The notes beneath the pieces were generated by a model. The model made no database searches. It was not told where the DNA came from and saw only the letters and a program-made list of their open reading frames with translations. Below are positions 1 to 14,585 of a DNA stretch of 64,000 bases, one piece after another. Positions within the stretch are counted from its first letter, which is position 1. Every line of letters starts with the position of its first letter. This stretch comes from Escherichia phage MRostami-2023e. A program made the translations under genes and the position numbers. The stretch lies in sequence record OQ031495; one strand, 5' to 3'.

Positions 1-281
1 CAAGATGGTCTAGGAATTTAGAAGCTTGTTCAGCCAATTTTTTATCAGCTTTCTCTTCAGCATCTTCTTTAGCCTTTTCAACTTCTTCTTCGGCCTTTTC
101 GGCGATGGCTTTGATATGAGATTCAGCCAGTTTGACTGCTTCCTGCTTAACGGTGGCTTCGAATACAGTGCTGAAATTAGCTTTAACGTCCGGAGACAGT
201 TCTACTGATTCGAAAACACTATTAAGAGCAACTGAAGTCTCGATGTTCTGAGCTTCTTTCAAAAGTTGTTCTTTGATCATT
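1..281 (-). CDS. 22: Prohead scaffold core protein gp22, N-terminal part (gene runs off window start)
   Basis: Minus-strand ATG at 281; translation MIKEQLLKEAQNIETSVALNSVFESVELSPDVKANF... resembles T4 gp22 N-terminus; lies downstream of gene 21 in T4 order. Confidence 0.8.
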
Positions 282-310
282 TTAGTGTCCTGTGGTTTAG
301 ATTACATTAT

Positions 311-318
311 TATTTATA
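311..318 (-). promoter_or_regulatory. T4-type late promoter (TATAAATA) for gene 22
   Basis: tatttata on + strand = TATAAATA on - strand, ~30 nt upstream of gp22 ATG. Confidence 0.6.
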
Positions 319-955
319 ATGCTTTTAAACTCTCTGCGAGAGCTTTAAATGCTTCATCAGCACTGTTTTTGGTGATTTCCACCGAATTTTCTGATTCTGA
401 TATTTGTTTAGGAGTAACCCAAGCATCTGGAGCAGAAGGTCCCCATACGGCATCTACGCCGACGGTTAATTTAAATCCTTCGTTCACGATACGGTACCCT
501 TTATTGGTGTCGGTTAAAGAACCAAGACCACGAGAGGAAACACCTGGAATCCAACCAGCTCGTATATTAGCAGCCAATTTATCGCCGGGACCGTGGTCGC
601 CTTCAATAATTCTAGCACGTCCATATACATCGTTTCCTTTCCACCACATATCTTCAATAATGATAGCGGCTTGCATAGGGTCAACATTTGCACGAGGTGG
701 ATGGTTTAATTCTCCAAGGGCTTGTTTGGTTGCGACTTGTTCTTTAATATAGTCACTTACTGCTTTTTCCAAAACGCGTTTAGGATATAAACGTTTATTT
801 CGGTTAACAACCTCTGCCTGAAGAAAAATACCTTCTATATAAAGCCCTGGTTTTAAGCCAGAATCTTTTCCATCATGAGATTCCAACATTGGAACGCCAT
901 CAATAATCTCACCGGGTTGACCCCAAGTTTCAATAAGTAACTCGGGTTTATTCAT
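314..955 (-). CDS. 21: Prohead core protease gp21
   Basis: 213 aa; [31 protein letters not shown]... matches T4 gp21 (212 aa) as recalled. Confidence 0.92.
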   Translation of the reverse strand: MNKPELLIETWGQPGEIIDGVPMLESHDGKDSGLKPGLYIEGIFLQAEVVNRNKRLYPKRVLEKAVSDYIKEQVATKQALGELNHPPRANVDPMQAAIIIEDMWWKGNDVYGRARIIEGDHGPGDKLAANIRAGWIPGVSSRGLGSLTDTNKGYRIVNEGFKLTVGVDAVWGPSAPDAWVTPKQISESENSVEITKNSADEAFKALAESLKAL

Positions 956-1380
956 TAGCTTAATCCTAATGCTTTACGACGTTTAAGAGCCTTTTTACGC
1001 TTACGCAAGCCTTTAACTTGGCCTGAAGGGTTAGCTTTTTTAGCTTTAACGACCTTACGAGCGATTTGTCTACGTTTTGCTTTAGAAAGACCAGTTGTTT
1101 GGAACGCATTACGTTCGCGAGTTTTACGGTCTTTAGTGCGGGTGACTTCACCACGAGAAGAAACATGTTTAACAATAAACTCATTTAACTGTTCTTCATT
1201 AATAATGGAAGCCATTGCAACAGCTAAATCCGTTTCAGTTTCAAGCATGTTCTCGATAATAGTATTTATATCGTCAATATCGAGAGCAGAAGACAATGCA
1301 TCGATTCGGCCCTGTGCTTCAGGAATAAGTGCTTCGACATTTTCGAGTACTAATTCATAAGATTCAGGGATAAGATACAT
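955..1380 (-). CDS. 68: Prohead core protein gp68
   Basis: 141 aa ORF, same size and position (between 67 and 21) as T4 gp68; basic C-terminus. Confidence 0.75.
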   Translation of the reverse strand: MYLIPESYELVLENVEALIPEAQGRIDALSSALDIDDINTIIENMLETETDLAVAMASIINEEQLNEFIVKHVSSRGEVTRTKDRKTRERNAFQTTGLSKAKRRQIARKVVKAKKANPSGQVKGLRKRKKALKRRKALGLS

Positions 1381-1616
1381 TATTCATCGTCCTCATCATC
1401 TTCGTCTTCGTCGTCATCGCCTTCATCAGCGTCGTCTTCCGAAGCTTTAGCTTTCTTTTCTTCTTCAGGTTCTTCGCCTTCAATCAAAAATTGAGACGCG
1501 ATTTCTGCTTTGCGTGCTTCAATCAAACGAACCGTTTTTTCTGCCATTGCACTTTCAAAAAACTTTCGAGTAGCAACGAGGTCGTTTGATTTAATAGCTT
1601 GAATTAAATCGTCCAT
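1380..1616 (-). CDS. 67: Prohead core protein gp67 (acidic)
   Basis: 78 aa with extremely acidic C-terminus ([19 protein letters not shown]); position directly after portal gene as in T4. Confidence 0.75.
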   Translation of the reverse strand: MDDLIQAIKSNDLVATRKFFESAMAEKTVRLIEARKAEIASQFLIEGEEPEEEKKAKASEDDADEGDDDEDEDDEDDE

Positions 1617-3187
1617 TAAAAATCCTCTTGTTCTTGGTCGGGGTCTTGGAAACGAGCCTCTTTCGACTCTTCTTCAATTTGCTTAGCCTCTTGTTCAATT
1701 TCCTCGTCAGACATCTGAAGAATATCTTTCATAGCTGTTCTGTGAGAAATATATTTACCAATAAATGGTTCGGCCATCTGAAGCATATTAATGCGACGCT
1801 CCAGAATCTCAGCATCCTTTAATTCCGAGAAATAACTATCCCGATGAAATTTTATCTTAATATTATTTATTTCATCATTCCACTCATCTTCTGTAATAAT
1901 TCCTTTAAGAATTAAATTGGTTTTAAGCGGGTCTAGGAATATCTCTTCAAATTTATGTTGCAGCTCACGAATAAATTTACCAAATGACAATTCATCTCGT
2001 GTAATAGAAGTACCAGCATCAAACTGTATACCACCTTGGTCACTTGGAATACGGGTAATAGGAATACGTAAAGCCATATAAAGCGCATTACGGAACCAAC
2101 GTACATCTTCCATATTTCCGGTATTATCTGCGCCTGGTAATGTATCAACTTCTGTTACTGCTTTACCATCACGTCGTTGTAACCAATAATCTTCGGTCAT
2201 CGACATAATATGCTGCTGGTTTTTAATCTTGCCTGTAGTAGCATCATATGCAATACGGTTTTTCATCGTATTCATAACATGTTGCATATGTTCTGCTGCT
2301 TTTCTTGAAGGCATATTACCTGTATCAACGTACCATACACGACGATCGGGAGCACGAGTAATACGATAAATTACGACAGCATCTTCAAGAAGTTTTAATT
2401 GGTTCGCTGGCTTAATAGCCCGATGCAAATAACCGATGATATTTTTACCACAACAATCAACTAAACCAGAATGGGCGTAAACAATCGCGGCTTTAGGGAT
2501 TTTTATTTTTGTGCCAGCTTCATATATGCGACCATCACAAGCATAAGATTCGTGTGATGTATCATAAATGAAATATTCTTTATAACCCTTGACTATTTTA
2601 ACACCGGCTTCAGTGGTTGTAATAACTTCACGGACATATTGAACTTGACGTGGGTCTAAACGACGAAGCTCTTTAATACCTTCTTTAGGGCGTTTAGGGT
2701 CAATAATTTTATGGAAGAAAATTCGAGAATCTACATACCAACGCCTAAAATGGTCTGAACCTTTACGTTGGAAAGATAAATGATTCAACACTTCGTTAAA
2801 TTCATCCAACATCATTGATTTTATATTTGGACTAAATTTTGTGTTGTCTAAATTTATAGAAACGACTTCTGTATCATCTTCATACACGATAGCATCAGAA
2901 ACTATTTCAGAGACCGCGTTATCCACTTCATAGTTCGTCATCAAATTTCGATACGTATCGATTAATTCACGGGTTGATTTGAGCCCTGGTTCTTGACTAC
3001 CAAACATTCTCTGAAACATAGCATTATATGTTTGCTGTGCTTCATTTTCAGATACTTCGTATTCTTTAGCGCCGTCGTCTAATTTTGGTGTGGTGATAGA
3101 TTCTAAATTTTCTTTTTCTTGGTCTTTGTAATCACGTTCGTCCATTTTTGCCCATGGAGCAAACAAACTTAAGATATTAAATTTCAT
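1616..3187 (-). CDS. 20: Portal vertex protein gp20
   Basis: 523 aa ORF (T4 gp20 524 aa); conserved position upstream of 67/68/21. Confidence 0.92.
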   Translation of the reverse strand: MKFNILSLFAPWAKMDERDYKDQEKENLESITTPKLDDGAKEYEVSENEAQQTYNAMFQRMFGSQEPGLKSTRELIDTYRNLMTNYEVDNAVSEIVSDAIVYEDDTEVVSINLDNTKFSPNIKSMMLDEFNEVLNHLSFQRKGSDHFRRWYVDSRIFFHKIIDPKRPKEGIKELRRLDPRQVQYVREVITTTEAGVKIVKGYKEYFIYDTSHESYACDGRIYEAGTKIKIPKAAIVYAHSGLVDCCGKNIIGYLHRAIKPANQLKLLEDAVVIYRITRAPDRRVWYVDTGNMPSRKAAEHMQHVMNTMKNRIAYDATTGKIKNQQHIMSMTEDYWLQRRDGKAVTEVDTLPGADNTGNMEDVRWFRNALYMALRIPITRIPSDQGGIQFDAGTSITRDELSFGKFIRELQHKFEEIFLDPLKTNLILKGIITEDEWNDEINNIKIKFHRDSYFSELKDAEILERRINMLQMAEPFIGKYISHRTAMKDILQMSDEEIEQEAKQIEEESKEARFQDPDQEQEDF

Positions 3188-3215
3188 TGTATTCTCCGAA
3201 TGGGAATTATAGTTA

Positions 3216-3223
3216 TATTTATA
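3216..3223 (-). promoter_or_regulatory. Late promoter (TATAAATA) for gene 20
   Basis: tatttata on + strand ~30 nt upstream of gp20 start at 3187. Confidence 0.6.
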
Positions 3224-3271
3224 TGGACTTCTCCGTCATCACGGGAAGCTGGGGATTTCTCCCCAACCAGA

Positions 3272-3763
3272 TTATTCCCACCAATCAAGAGCAAGAGTTA
3301 CTTCGAACGTTTCAATCTCGTTATTAGAATCCCAATCAAGAGATACTTCACCAACGTTAGTAGGCCACAAGCCGACAATTTCAACTTCTTTAGTGACCGT
3401 TTTAGCATCACGAGCAAATTGACGAACGATAGCAGACTTTTTATATTCAGCAGGTTTACCACCGGTAATTTCATTACCTTGTCCTGCTGCAATACCTTGC
3501 CAATCAACAAATTTCTGACGAATGCTATGAGCATCATCGTTCATTACTGTAATAGTCCAATCGTCGAATGTACGATCACCAGCCACGTTAATTTTACGGT
3601 TCATATAAGAAACAGGAACCTTTTCAACTATCGCAGCAGGAAGAGCCGTAGCACGACACTGGAAGCTAAAGTTTTGCCCAAGATAAGAGATTTCTACTTC
3701 GAACAGGTTAGGGCGAGCGAAATCACCAGATTCGAAGGCACGAGTTACGTCATCTACAAACAT
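3272..3763 (-). CDS. 19: Tail tube protein gp19
   Basis: 163 aa (T4 gp19 163 aa); between sheath and portal genes. Confidence 0.9.
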   Translation of the reverse strand: MFVDDVTRAFESGDFARPNLFEVEISYLGQNFSFQCRATALPAAIVEKVPVSYMNRKINVAGDRTFDDWTITVMNDDAHSIRQKFVDWQGIAAGQGNEITGGKPAEYKKSAIVRQFARDAKTVTKEVEIVGLWPTNVGEVSLDWDSNNEIETFEVTLALDWWE

Positions 3764-3835
3764 ATTAGCCTCTGTAGTAATATGGGCCTAGGATTAACCG
3801 GATGCCCATAGAATTAATTTTTAAACGATATAGTA

Positions 3836-3843
3836 TATTTATA
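3836..3843 (-). promoter_or_regulatory. Late promoter (TATAAATA) for gene 19
   Basis: tatttata on + strand in the 18-19 intergenic region. Confidence 0.6.
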
Positions 3844-3875
3844 TGGGCTACCGAAATAGCCCATCAGGCGTCTTA

Positions 3876-5858
3876 TTAACCACCTACAGCACCAATTAGT
3901 TCGTCGAAATCGGCACCAGTTGCTGTTGCTACAAAGTTCAATGTAATATAATTTATCGAGCGGGCAGGTTGTAAGTAGAAAGTAGCTACAAATTCATTAC
4001 GGTCGATAACTGCTGGGGTGTTATTGGTAGTATCACAAACAACTTTAAAGTTATATACACCACCGAGAGCTTTAATACCCTGTAGATATTGAGAAGTCTC
4101 TGTACGGAAAGAAGAACGGGTAAATGCGTTGTTCAATTCAAACAGGCGATATTTAGATGCTGAACCAATGTTCGTTTTAACCATATTGAACAAACGACGA
4201 ACGTTAATACGGTCAAATGGTGAAGGAACAGAAGTGGCAGTTTTATCACCGTACAGAACATACCCATCACCACCGGTACCAGTAACAGGGTTAATAGCTT
4301 CCTGATACAAACGATCACGTTGTGCTTGGCGAGTTTCAATTGCAAGCTTAATAACGTTAAGAATTTGTCCACGGTTATAACCGGCTGGAGACATCCAAGG
4401 CTGAGAAATATTGTCTGTACGAGCACAAAGTCCAGCGATATCAGCGGCTAATGGAACCCAACGATTCACATCATTATATTTGTCATATTGATATTTATAG
4501 TTACCGTCAATAGCGGCATAAGTAGAACTTACATTAAAGTTATTATCGGTGTAAGTTCCTGACGCAGTACGCCAATCAACCAGATTATCAACTGCACGAT
4601 TAACAGGAATACCGACTATAGTTGCACGTGGCGGTGAGCAAAGAACCAAGCAATCTTGACGAGAATCACCAATTGCTACAACATGTTTCTGAACTGTAGA
4701 AGCAACTTCTAAAGATTCACCTGCACAAGAACCGGCAATAAACAACTGCGCATTAACAGATTCACGGTCAGCAAACAAATCCCAAGCTTCCATTAAATCA
4801 CCAGCGTCAACCGTTTCATTAGATGATAAGCCACCACCCAGTTTGATTACGCCAGAGAAACCTTTTGGCCAACCTTGTGCAGTAGCGAAAATATAATTGC
4901 TTGCGCCTTTAGCAAAGAAATCATCAATAAAGATATTACTACCATAAATATCGCGTTCACCACGTTTAGTAGAAAGAACTACGCTCTGAACTACAGCATC
5001 GTTACGACGAACGATAATTGCATATTGGTCATCAGTTTGTGGGCCATACCCAAAGATTGCTTTAGCAGTAGATGCACGAGTACCACCATCAGGATAAATT
5101 TTTAACTGGGCTGAAGCACCTTTGTCATAGTCTGCTTTAGATACGATTTCAATTTCGAGCTGGTCGCCAAGTTCACCAGGATAAAGAGCAACTACGCCTG
5201 GGACACCATATTTTTTAATAGATTCTTGGAAAGTTAGAGAAGTAATAGCTTCTTCAGAAGTTTCAACTTCAGTTAACAGAATACCCGAATCGGTTACGAT
5301 AGAACCAATTGTAATAACGCCAGAGAGACCAGAAGAAGAACTGGCAACTTCGGCGGTCCAGTTAGAACCCAATGCCGGATATTCATTAATTTCTTTTGCA
5401 CGAGCAATAATTTTACCGGTTGGGATATAAATGTTAAGAATTTTACCATCGACATCAACTGAAGTGACATAACCATCTGCTTCAACAGTTTCGGTCAAAT
5501 ACTTAACGATAATTTTATCACCAACTGCATAGTTACTACCAGTAGCAGAGATTGTGAATTCAATATTGCCTGCTACAGGAGATGAGTTCTTAGCAGTATC
5601 ACGATCAACTGCGCGTACAACACGAAGGTCATTACCATATTGAAGGAAGTTCATAGCAGACATGAAATAATCTGCTGTATCCGTATTAGGAGTACCAAAC
5701 ATATCAACTAATGCAACTTCATCAGTGATTTGTTTAATCTGGAATGCAGGTCCCCATTGGAATTTTCCAGCCAGGGCAGCAGTACCAGTGGAGTTATTAA
5801 CTACAGTACTCTGTACGGTAGTTTCTTTGAGCTCAACGCCCGGAGAGAGAAGTGACAT
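3876..5858 (-). CDS. 18: Contractile tail sheath protein gp18
   Basis: 660 aa (T4 gp18 659 aa); MSLLSPGVELKETTVQSTVVNNSTGTAALAGKFQWGPAFQ... Confidence 0.93.
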   Translation of the reverse strand: MSLLSPGVELKETTVQSTVVNNSTGTAALAGKFQWGPAFQIKQITDEVALVDMFGTPNTDTADYFMSAMNFLQYGNDLRVVRAVDRDTAKNSSPVAGNIEFTISATGSNYAVGDKIIVKYLTETVEADGYVTSVDVDGKILNIYIPTGKIIARAKEINEYPALGSNWTAEVASSSSGLSGVITIGSIVTDSGILLTEVETSEEAITSLTFQESIKKYGVPGVVALYPGELGDQLEIEIVSKADYDKGASAQLKIYPDGGTRASTAKAIFGYGPQTDDQYAIIVRRNDAVVQSVVLSTKRGERDIYGSNIFIDDFFAKGASNYIFATAQGWPKGFSGVIKLGGGLSSNETVDAGDLMEAWDLFADRESVNAQLFIAGSCAGESLEVASTVQKHVVAIGDSRQDCLVLCSPPRATIVGIPVNRAVDNLVDWRTASGTYTDNNFNVSSTYAAIDGNYKYQYDKYNDVNRWVPLAADIAGLCARTDNISQPWMSPAGYNRGQILNVIKLAIETRQAQRDRLYQEAINPVTGTGGDGYVLYGDKTATSVPSPFDRINVRRLFNMVKTNIGSASKYRLFELNNAFTRSSFRTETSQYLQGIKALGGVYNFKVVCDTTNNTPAVIDRNEFVATFYLQPARSINYITLNFVATATGADFDELIGAVGG

Positions 5859-5885
5859 TTTAATTCCTCTTAATTTGCTTTATTT

Positions 5886-8202
<2,317 letters not shown>

Positions 8203-8211
8203 ATTTACCTC

Positions 8212-9033
8212 TTATTGTTTTCTAGGACCAGGAGGGGTTGGTGGAGTCGGGATTGGAATATCATGAGTATAAGTTTGTTCAACTTCACCATTCCAATCTT
8301 GTGCTTCAACGTCTCTCGGTTTAATTTCTGTATCAACTGATTCAAAAACGCTGGCGGCTGTTTGAAGGTCTCGTTCATTAGCATGAAAATCAAGATAAGT
8401 CGTTTTAATAAGGCCTTCAGCTGCGCCTACCGGAGGATACATCCATCCATTTACTTCAAATGTTAATGACCACTCTAAACGTCGACGAGATAAATTATCA
8501 CCGTCTATTTGTTCATCCATTGCTGCCGCCATCCATACGACTTTAATATCCCTTTCAAACGGAATATCCTGCCCATATTGCTCAATCATAGTCGTATTAA
8601 AATGCGGCTGAAAATATGGAATAATTTGCTCAACGATTTGGAACATATCATCTTCATAACGAGTAAAGATGCTCAGTTCAAAAATCATTTTAATTGGTGA
8701 TGGGTTGTATTGGTCTACAATATCCTTAGTCGATTTACTCAAAAGAGAGTTATTCAATATATTCGTTTTAAACGTTGGGTTATAAACGAAATCTACCATT
8801 TGGAGATTTATACGTGGTAGAATAGTTTCGACTTTAGCCACATCTTCTTGTGAGTTTATAGAGGTCCATTTATTAAGTTTCATCATAAAGTGCTCTTTAG
8901 ATGCATACGTAATAGGAACTCTAATTAATTTATTGCCTGTAGACAATTGACGGTTAACTTGGATATTTGAAAACAAATCGCCCATCATTGTGATATATCG
9001 CCTGAACGACGAGTTGTAAAAATAGCCAAACAT
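8212..9033 (-). CDS. 15: Tail sheath stabiliser / tail terminator gp15
   Basis: ORF 8212..9036; start taken at second Met to match T4 gp15 N-terminus MFGYFYNSSFRRY (272 aa). Confidence 0.85.
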   Translation of the reverse strand: MFGYFYNSSFRRYITMMGDLFSNIQVNRQLSTGNKLIRVPITYASKEHFMMKLNKWTSINSQEDVAKVETILPRINLQMVDFVYNPTFKTNILNNSLLSKSTKDIVDQYNPSPIKMIFELSIFTRYEDDMFQIVEQIIPYFQPHFNTTMIEQYGQDIPFERDIKVVWMAAAMDEQIDGDNLSRRRLEWSLTFEVNGWMYPPVGAAEGLIKTTYLDFHANERDLQTAASVFESVDTEIKPRDVEAQDWNGEVEQTYTHDIPIPTPPTPPGPRKQ

Positions 9034-9085
9034 CATTTCTCCTAACCGGCCTTTCGACCGGTGTTTGCTTTATCTTATCTATTTA

Positions 9086-9848
<763 letters not shown>

Positions 9849-9856
<8 letters not shown>

Positions 9857-10778
9857 NNNNNNNNNNNNNNNNNNNNNNNNNNNNNNNNNNNNNNNNNNNN
9901 NNNNNNNNNNNNNNNNNNNNNNNNNNNNNNNNNNNNNNNNNNNNNNNNNNNNNNGTAACACCGCCAGGAAGCATCATGCCTTGATGACGTGCTAAAATTT
10001 GGCCATTTAATTCTTTAGCTAAAGCTGTAGCATAGTCTTTAACCCAGCGGTTGTTATATGCGCCTTGTTTAGTTGCAGGATCTTCACCAACTCGACGTCC
10101 GACCAAATTATGGTCCGGATTATCATAACGTTCAGAAATAGACCATGAATCACGAGGACCTACTTGACCGTACCCTACTGTATTTCCTACCATCTTATGG
10201 GTCTCGATATAAGAGCGAACATACGATTCAACGATAATGACATCTTTCTGTCTAAAGTTACCCATTACTTTTAATTGCTCGTTTGCAGAGTTAAACCAAA
10301 AATCTGGAAGAGGAGCAATCATATCTTGAAGCATACCCATATAAGATACTAATTGAGAATAATACCCGAGGTCAGCGCCAAAAGCGTTCGGACCGTAGAA
10401 TTTACCACAATTACTACCCATACCACCTGAAACACCGGCCATTCCTAAAAGGAAATCAGTGAACCATGGATAAGTTGCATTACCATCCATTGAAGTAATA
10501 GAGCCAACGTTTGTTCTTATAATTCTTGTTACAGCAAATACGTTAGAACCACGCATATCAAATACGCCGTGACGGTATTTTTCTTCGTCATCAACAAAAA
10601 ATACATGGAAACCTTTATTCAACCCGTCAAAATGGTATTCGCCATAAAGTTCTAACGCTCGTGAAATACAATCATAAATTTGGTCTGTAGTTAATTCAAC
10701 ATTTACAATAGGAGCGCCTAAACGACGTAATATTACATCTTTTAATTCTTTAGGGTTTTGTGCATTATAACCTGACAT
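9849..10778 (-). CDS. 13: Neck protein gp13 (3' end inside N-masked run; end estimated)
   Basis: N-terminus [30 protein letters not shown]... matches T4 gp13 as recalled. Confidence 0.8.
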
Positions 10779-10810
10779 ATAAATCCTTTAGGGCCCGAAG
10801 GCCCTTTTCA

Positions 10811-12259
10811 TTAAGCTGTAGGAAGTTCAACCCATGCACCATCTTTGCGAACATAGAATTTACCGTCTGAAGGAGCATCTTCAATATATCCAGCGTCCTT
10901 AAGAGTTTGGATTTCAGCTTCTGCAGCGGCCAAATCAGTTTCAAGAGTAGCAATTCTAGAAGTTAAACCATTAATTGTCGTATCATGACTTTTAACTGTA
11001 GGCAATATACCGCGTTCTTCAACAGTCGAACCATTTGGGTTGGTGCCATTTATAAGAGTATTTAATGTGTTTACAGAACCCTTAATTCCTGTGGAATTAG
11101 TCCCAACATCAGTTTGAATGTTCTGAATGTCATTACTCAGCCCACCGATAGTTCCTTCAAGCTCTCGAGTACGATAAAGCAAAGAGCCGTCTGGTTCCGG
11201 TTTCCCACCTGAAGCGTCAACACCAACTACGTTATTTAACCATGACACATTAAAACGCAATCCTGACGAAGAATCAGAGCCGACAACAGTATTCAATGCT
11301 CCGATAGCATCAGTATTGAGTTTAATACGTCCTTGGATTGTAGTAGGCAAATCATCGGCGCCAATGGCAGTTTCTACTGTAGTCAAACGAGGTTTAATAC
11401 CACCAGATTGATTGAGCTCAAGATTAATGTCGTTTATTGCTGAACTATTCGCATTAGTTGTAGTAATAATAGAAGTCGTATTAGGATACCCAATAGACTG
11501 TTTAATGCCATCCAAGTCAGCATTTTGACGCGACAAAGTTAAATCAATACCGGAAAGACGACTAAACACTGGAGTAGTGAAAGAAGTGCGAGGCCCCATT
11601 TCTTCGCGCAAGTGTTCAACTTCAACAGTTAAAGAGCCGACGTCAGAATCAGCAAATTTAGTTTCCAAATCAGTTAATCGAACACCGTGGTCAACAATTA
11701 CGGAGCTATTAGTCATAATACGGCGTTTCATACCAGTGCTATCATTTCCTGGAGTAGGAACCCCATTAATATCTTGACCGGTATATTGTCCTAATTCATT
11801 TTTAATCCAAAGCAGGTCGTTACGAACCGTTCTATAAACTGAATCTGTTTCCTGATTATAAACACCAATATCGTCAGTATTCGCATCAATATGTTCATTC
11901 AAATCATTCAATTCACTGGCATGGGTTTGAACTGTGACTTTAATGACATCGATATCTTGGGTGTTCTGGCCTATCTGTGCAAGAGCATCAACATCCCCAG
12001 AAACATCTAAAATACCTTGAATAGCTTTGATATCTTCATTGGCCGTATTCAAAGAAGATGCTATAGTTTTAATATTAACATCTAACGCTTCTACGTTACG
12101 TTGAACTTCAACAATAGGACGGTTCATTACACCTTCAGAACCGTATTTTGTGTCAGCACCTGTTATTTCTTCATCGTTTTTAATCCATTCAATACGACTC
12201 TGACCCGCGTCTGGTGGGCCGTCAACATATGGTAAATCTACCAGAGTTATATCAGTCAT
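10811..12259 (-). CDS. wac: Fibritin (whisker antigen control)
   Basis: 482 aa; C-terminal foldon-like GYIEDAPSDGKFYVRKDGAWVELPTA. Confidence 0.9.
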   Translation of the reverse strand: MTDITLVDLPYVDGPPDAGQSRIEWIKNDEEITGADTKYGSEGVMNRPIVEVQRNVEALDVNIKTIASSLNTANEDIKAIQGILDVSGDVDALAQIGQNTQDIDVIKVTVQTHASELNDLNEHIDANTDDIGVYNQETDSVYRTVRNDLLWIKNELGQYTGQDINGVPTPGNDSTGMKRRIMTNSSVIVDHGVRLTDLETKFADSDVGSLTVEVEHLREEMGPRTSFTTPVFSRLSGIDLTLSRQNADLDGIKQSIGYPNTTSIITTTNANSSAINDINLELNQSGGIKPRLTTVETAIGADDLPTTIQGRIKLNTDAIGALNTVVGSDSSSGLRFNVSWLNNVVGVDASGGKPEPDGSLLYRTRELEGTIGGLSNDIQNIQTDVGTNSTGIKGSVNTLNTLINGTNPNGSTVEERGILPTVKSHDTTINGLTSRIATLETDLAAAEAEIQTLKDAGYIEDAPSDGKFYVRKDGAWVELPTA

Positions 12260-13929
12260 TATTTTACCTTAATGATATAGTTTAAAGAAATATTCCATGG
12301 GCGAGTTTCATTTCCAATTAATTCTGGACGATTCAGGGTATATTTAGAGTTACGCTGAGACGCTGGATCAATTTCATATCCATCGTTAGTAAAATACGAA
12401 CGGTTATCTTCTGGACGATTCAGGGTATATTTAGAGTTACGCTGAGACGCTGGATCAATTTCATATCCATCGTTAGTAAAATACGAACGGTTATCCCAGT
12501 CAAGTCCTTTACGAGTACCAACAAAGTTTGAACGACGAGTATTACCGAATGCTCCTGCATCGTCATGTTCACCAAAACCGCCAGCATGCTTATGATATGA
12601 CATCTGTTGTTTTTGCACCTCACCAACATATCCACCGGTACAACCTACCGCCAGACGAGGCTTACCGAATTGGTCATTACCATTAACATTAGGGTTAGTT
12701 AAATGGTTACCACGACCTGAGCCGCGAACAAATAATCCACGCATATCGGGCAAGCCTGGGTTAGAAGAACTACCACCATATCGTGTCCCAATTCTGGAAG
12801 CATATACCGGACATTCTGAAGCAGAAACGGTCCCACCGTGACAGAAACGCCAGTCCGAACTCGGCAAACTATCTGCAGCCCACATTGTAATAGCGCCAAC
12901 TGGAAGAATTCGGTCTAATTCATTTTGAGTCACAATACGATTGCCTTGAATATAACCACCGGTCATATTGACATTACCCGTTATATTAGCACCACCAGAA
13001 CCAACCGTCAACGTATTATTAATGCGAAGCGTGCCATTAATAGTTTGACCGCCTCGTTGGTGGATAACATCAGCATTCCAAGCAAGGGCAGAAGAACCAT
13101 CACCACCTGATTGGCTACCCGCTTGTGTAGTTAAACGAACAACTCCACGTAAAGAAGTTGTAGCCCCACGCCCGTTTAATGTTGCGCCGGTCACTACAAC
13201 TGAAGAGTTGTTACTATTTACTTCAGTCTGTGTCCCTAGTTTAACGACACCTTTATTAGTTTCTGATGCTACTGAATTCATAAAGGTATAAGGTGAAATT
13301 GCATAGCCTTCACGCAGGGTGCCTTGTTGTGCTTGTGCAACTGTAGCTAAACGAACAACACCTGTAATAGATTCGGTGGCGTCACTATTATTTGGAGCAA
13401 TTTGTGAAATAAGTTTAATTGCTAATTGTTGTGTTTTTAACGGGGTCATCGCCGTTGTATCGTCAGAACCAGCTAATGCCGCAGCAGAAGTTGAAATTTT
13501 AATTACACCATTTGTTGCTTCTGTTGATACTTTTGTCTGGAATACATTGTCTATTTTTTGATTCAATTTAAGCGGAGTAATTGATGCATCGTCAATAGCT
13601 CCGGCTACTGCTTCATCTTCAGTAGCATAACGAGTTAAACCATATTGAGTTTCGGTTGCATTAGGATATTGTAGACGAGCATTCAGTGATGCCGGAGTAA
13701 CAGCTTTACTATTATCTAATCCATCAATAACTTCTTGTGGAGTGGCTATTTGAATAATTCCAGGTGTAGTAGTTGTTGCTTCCGGGACGCCGTTAACACC
13801 TGAAGGAGAAATAGCAGCTAATGCGGCTTGGACATTAGTGACTGTATCTGGAAAATTCGACCCAGTAGGGTCGAATTCAACGTAAATAGATTCATTTGAA
13901 ACGTGTTGGTATGTATTGTTATTACTCAT
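12259..13929 (-). CDS. 12: Short tail fibre protein gp12 (carries an in-frame 29-aa tandem duplication)
   Basis: 556 aa vs T4 527 aa; C-terminus ...[19 protein letters not shown] as in T4 gp12. Confidence 0.9.
   Translation of the reverse strand: MSNNNTYQHVSNESIYVEFDPTGSNFPDTVTNVQAALAAISPSGVNGVPEATTTTPGIIQIATPQEVIDGLDNSKAVTPASLNARLQYPNATETQYGLTRYATEDEAVAGAIDDASITPLKLNQKIDNVFQTKVSTEATNGVIKISTSAAALAGSDDTTAMTPLKTQQLAIKLISQIAPNNSDATESITGVVRLATVAQAQQGTLREGYAISPYTFMNSVASETNKGVVKLGTQTEVNSNNSSVVVTGATLNGRGATTSLRGVVRLTTQAGSQSGGDGSSALAWNADVIHQRGGQTINGTLRINNTLTVGSGGANITGNVNMTGGYIQGNRIVTQNELDRILPVGAITMWAADSLPSSDWRFCHGGTVSASECPVYASRIGTRYGGSSSNPGLPDMRGLFVRGSGRGNHLTNPNVNGNDQFGKPRLAVGCTGGYVGEVQKQQMSYHKHAGGFGEHDDAGAFGNTRRSNFVGTRKGLDWDNRSYFTNDGYEIDPASQRNSKYTLNRPEDNRSYFTNDGYEIDPASQRNSKYTLNRPELIGNETRPWNISLNYIIKVK
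12322..12495 (-). repeat. Perfect 87-bp tandem direct duplication (2 copies) inside gene 12
   Basis: 12322-12408 identical to 12409-12495; encodes [29 protein letters not shown] twice. Confidence 0.9.
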
Positions 13930-14585
13930 GAGGCTCTCACAAAGTGGTAGAAAACGGTAGGAGTATCATGGTTATCAAGAGTAACCGTTTGGGCACCTAA
14001 TAAATTCCATGTTCCGTATCCGGATTTTGCTTCAGACAAAATTTCTTGCGAAATTGTTACACCAAACGAAGCATATGTTGGCAACACATGACGTTGGTTA
14101 TCTAAATATGTCACCTGAAGTTTATTACCTTCGGATGGATGGTCTTTATAAGAAGAAATAGCGATTTGATTAGCAATGGCTTCTTGTAAAGCTATACGAA
14201 CTTGTGCCGTTAATTCGTTATCAGTCATACCGATTGTTGCTTTAACAGCAAGTCCAAATACGTTAATAACGACTGGCGTTCCAGTGGTCAAAGTATCGTC
14301 TAGAACATCACCAGAAAAAGTCCAATAATCAACTTGTGCTGTACCTTCAGGCGATACGCCTGAAGTGTTTGTGACAACAGTACCAATATCAGCTCGTGCC
14401 ATATTATGGACATCATTTATTGCAGATTCTACGTTAGCATCATAAAAACCGCGAGCTAACTGAGAAATAGTCACGGAACCTACAGCTTGGTTGTTTAAAA
14501 CATCAATTTGAGCTGGATTTTTTCTGTAATTCAAAAAATCAGCATGACGGGAAATAACTCCCGCCTTTGTATTAAGTACAGTCAT
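13926..14585 (-). CDS. 11: Baseplate wedge / short tail fibre attachment protein gp11
   Basis: Start placed at internal Met to give 219 aa as in T4 gp11. Confidence 0.85.
   Translation of the reverse strand: MTVLNTKAGVISRHADFLNYRKNPAQIDVLNNQAVGSVTISQLARGFYDANVESAINDVHNMARADIGTVVTNTSGVSPEGTAQVDYWTFSGDVLDDTLTTGTPVVINVFGLAVKATIGMTDNELTAQVRIALQEAIANQIAISSYKDHPSEGNKLQVTYLDNQRHVLPTYASFGVTISQEILSEAKSGYGTWNLLGAQTVTLDNHDTPTVFYHFVRAS

Noticed and set aside
26-208. Plus-strand 60-aa ORF at the window start
   Set aside because: Low-complexity translation antisense to the well-supported gp22 N-terminus on the minus strand
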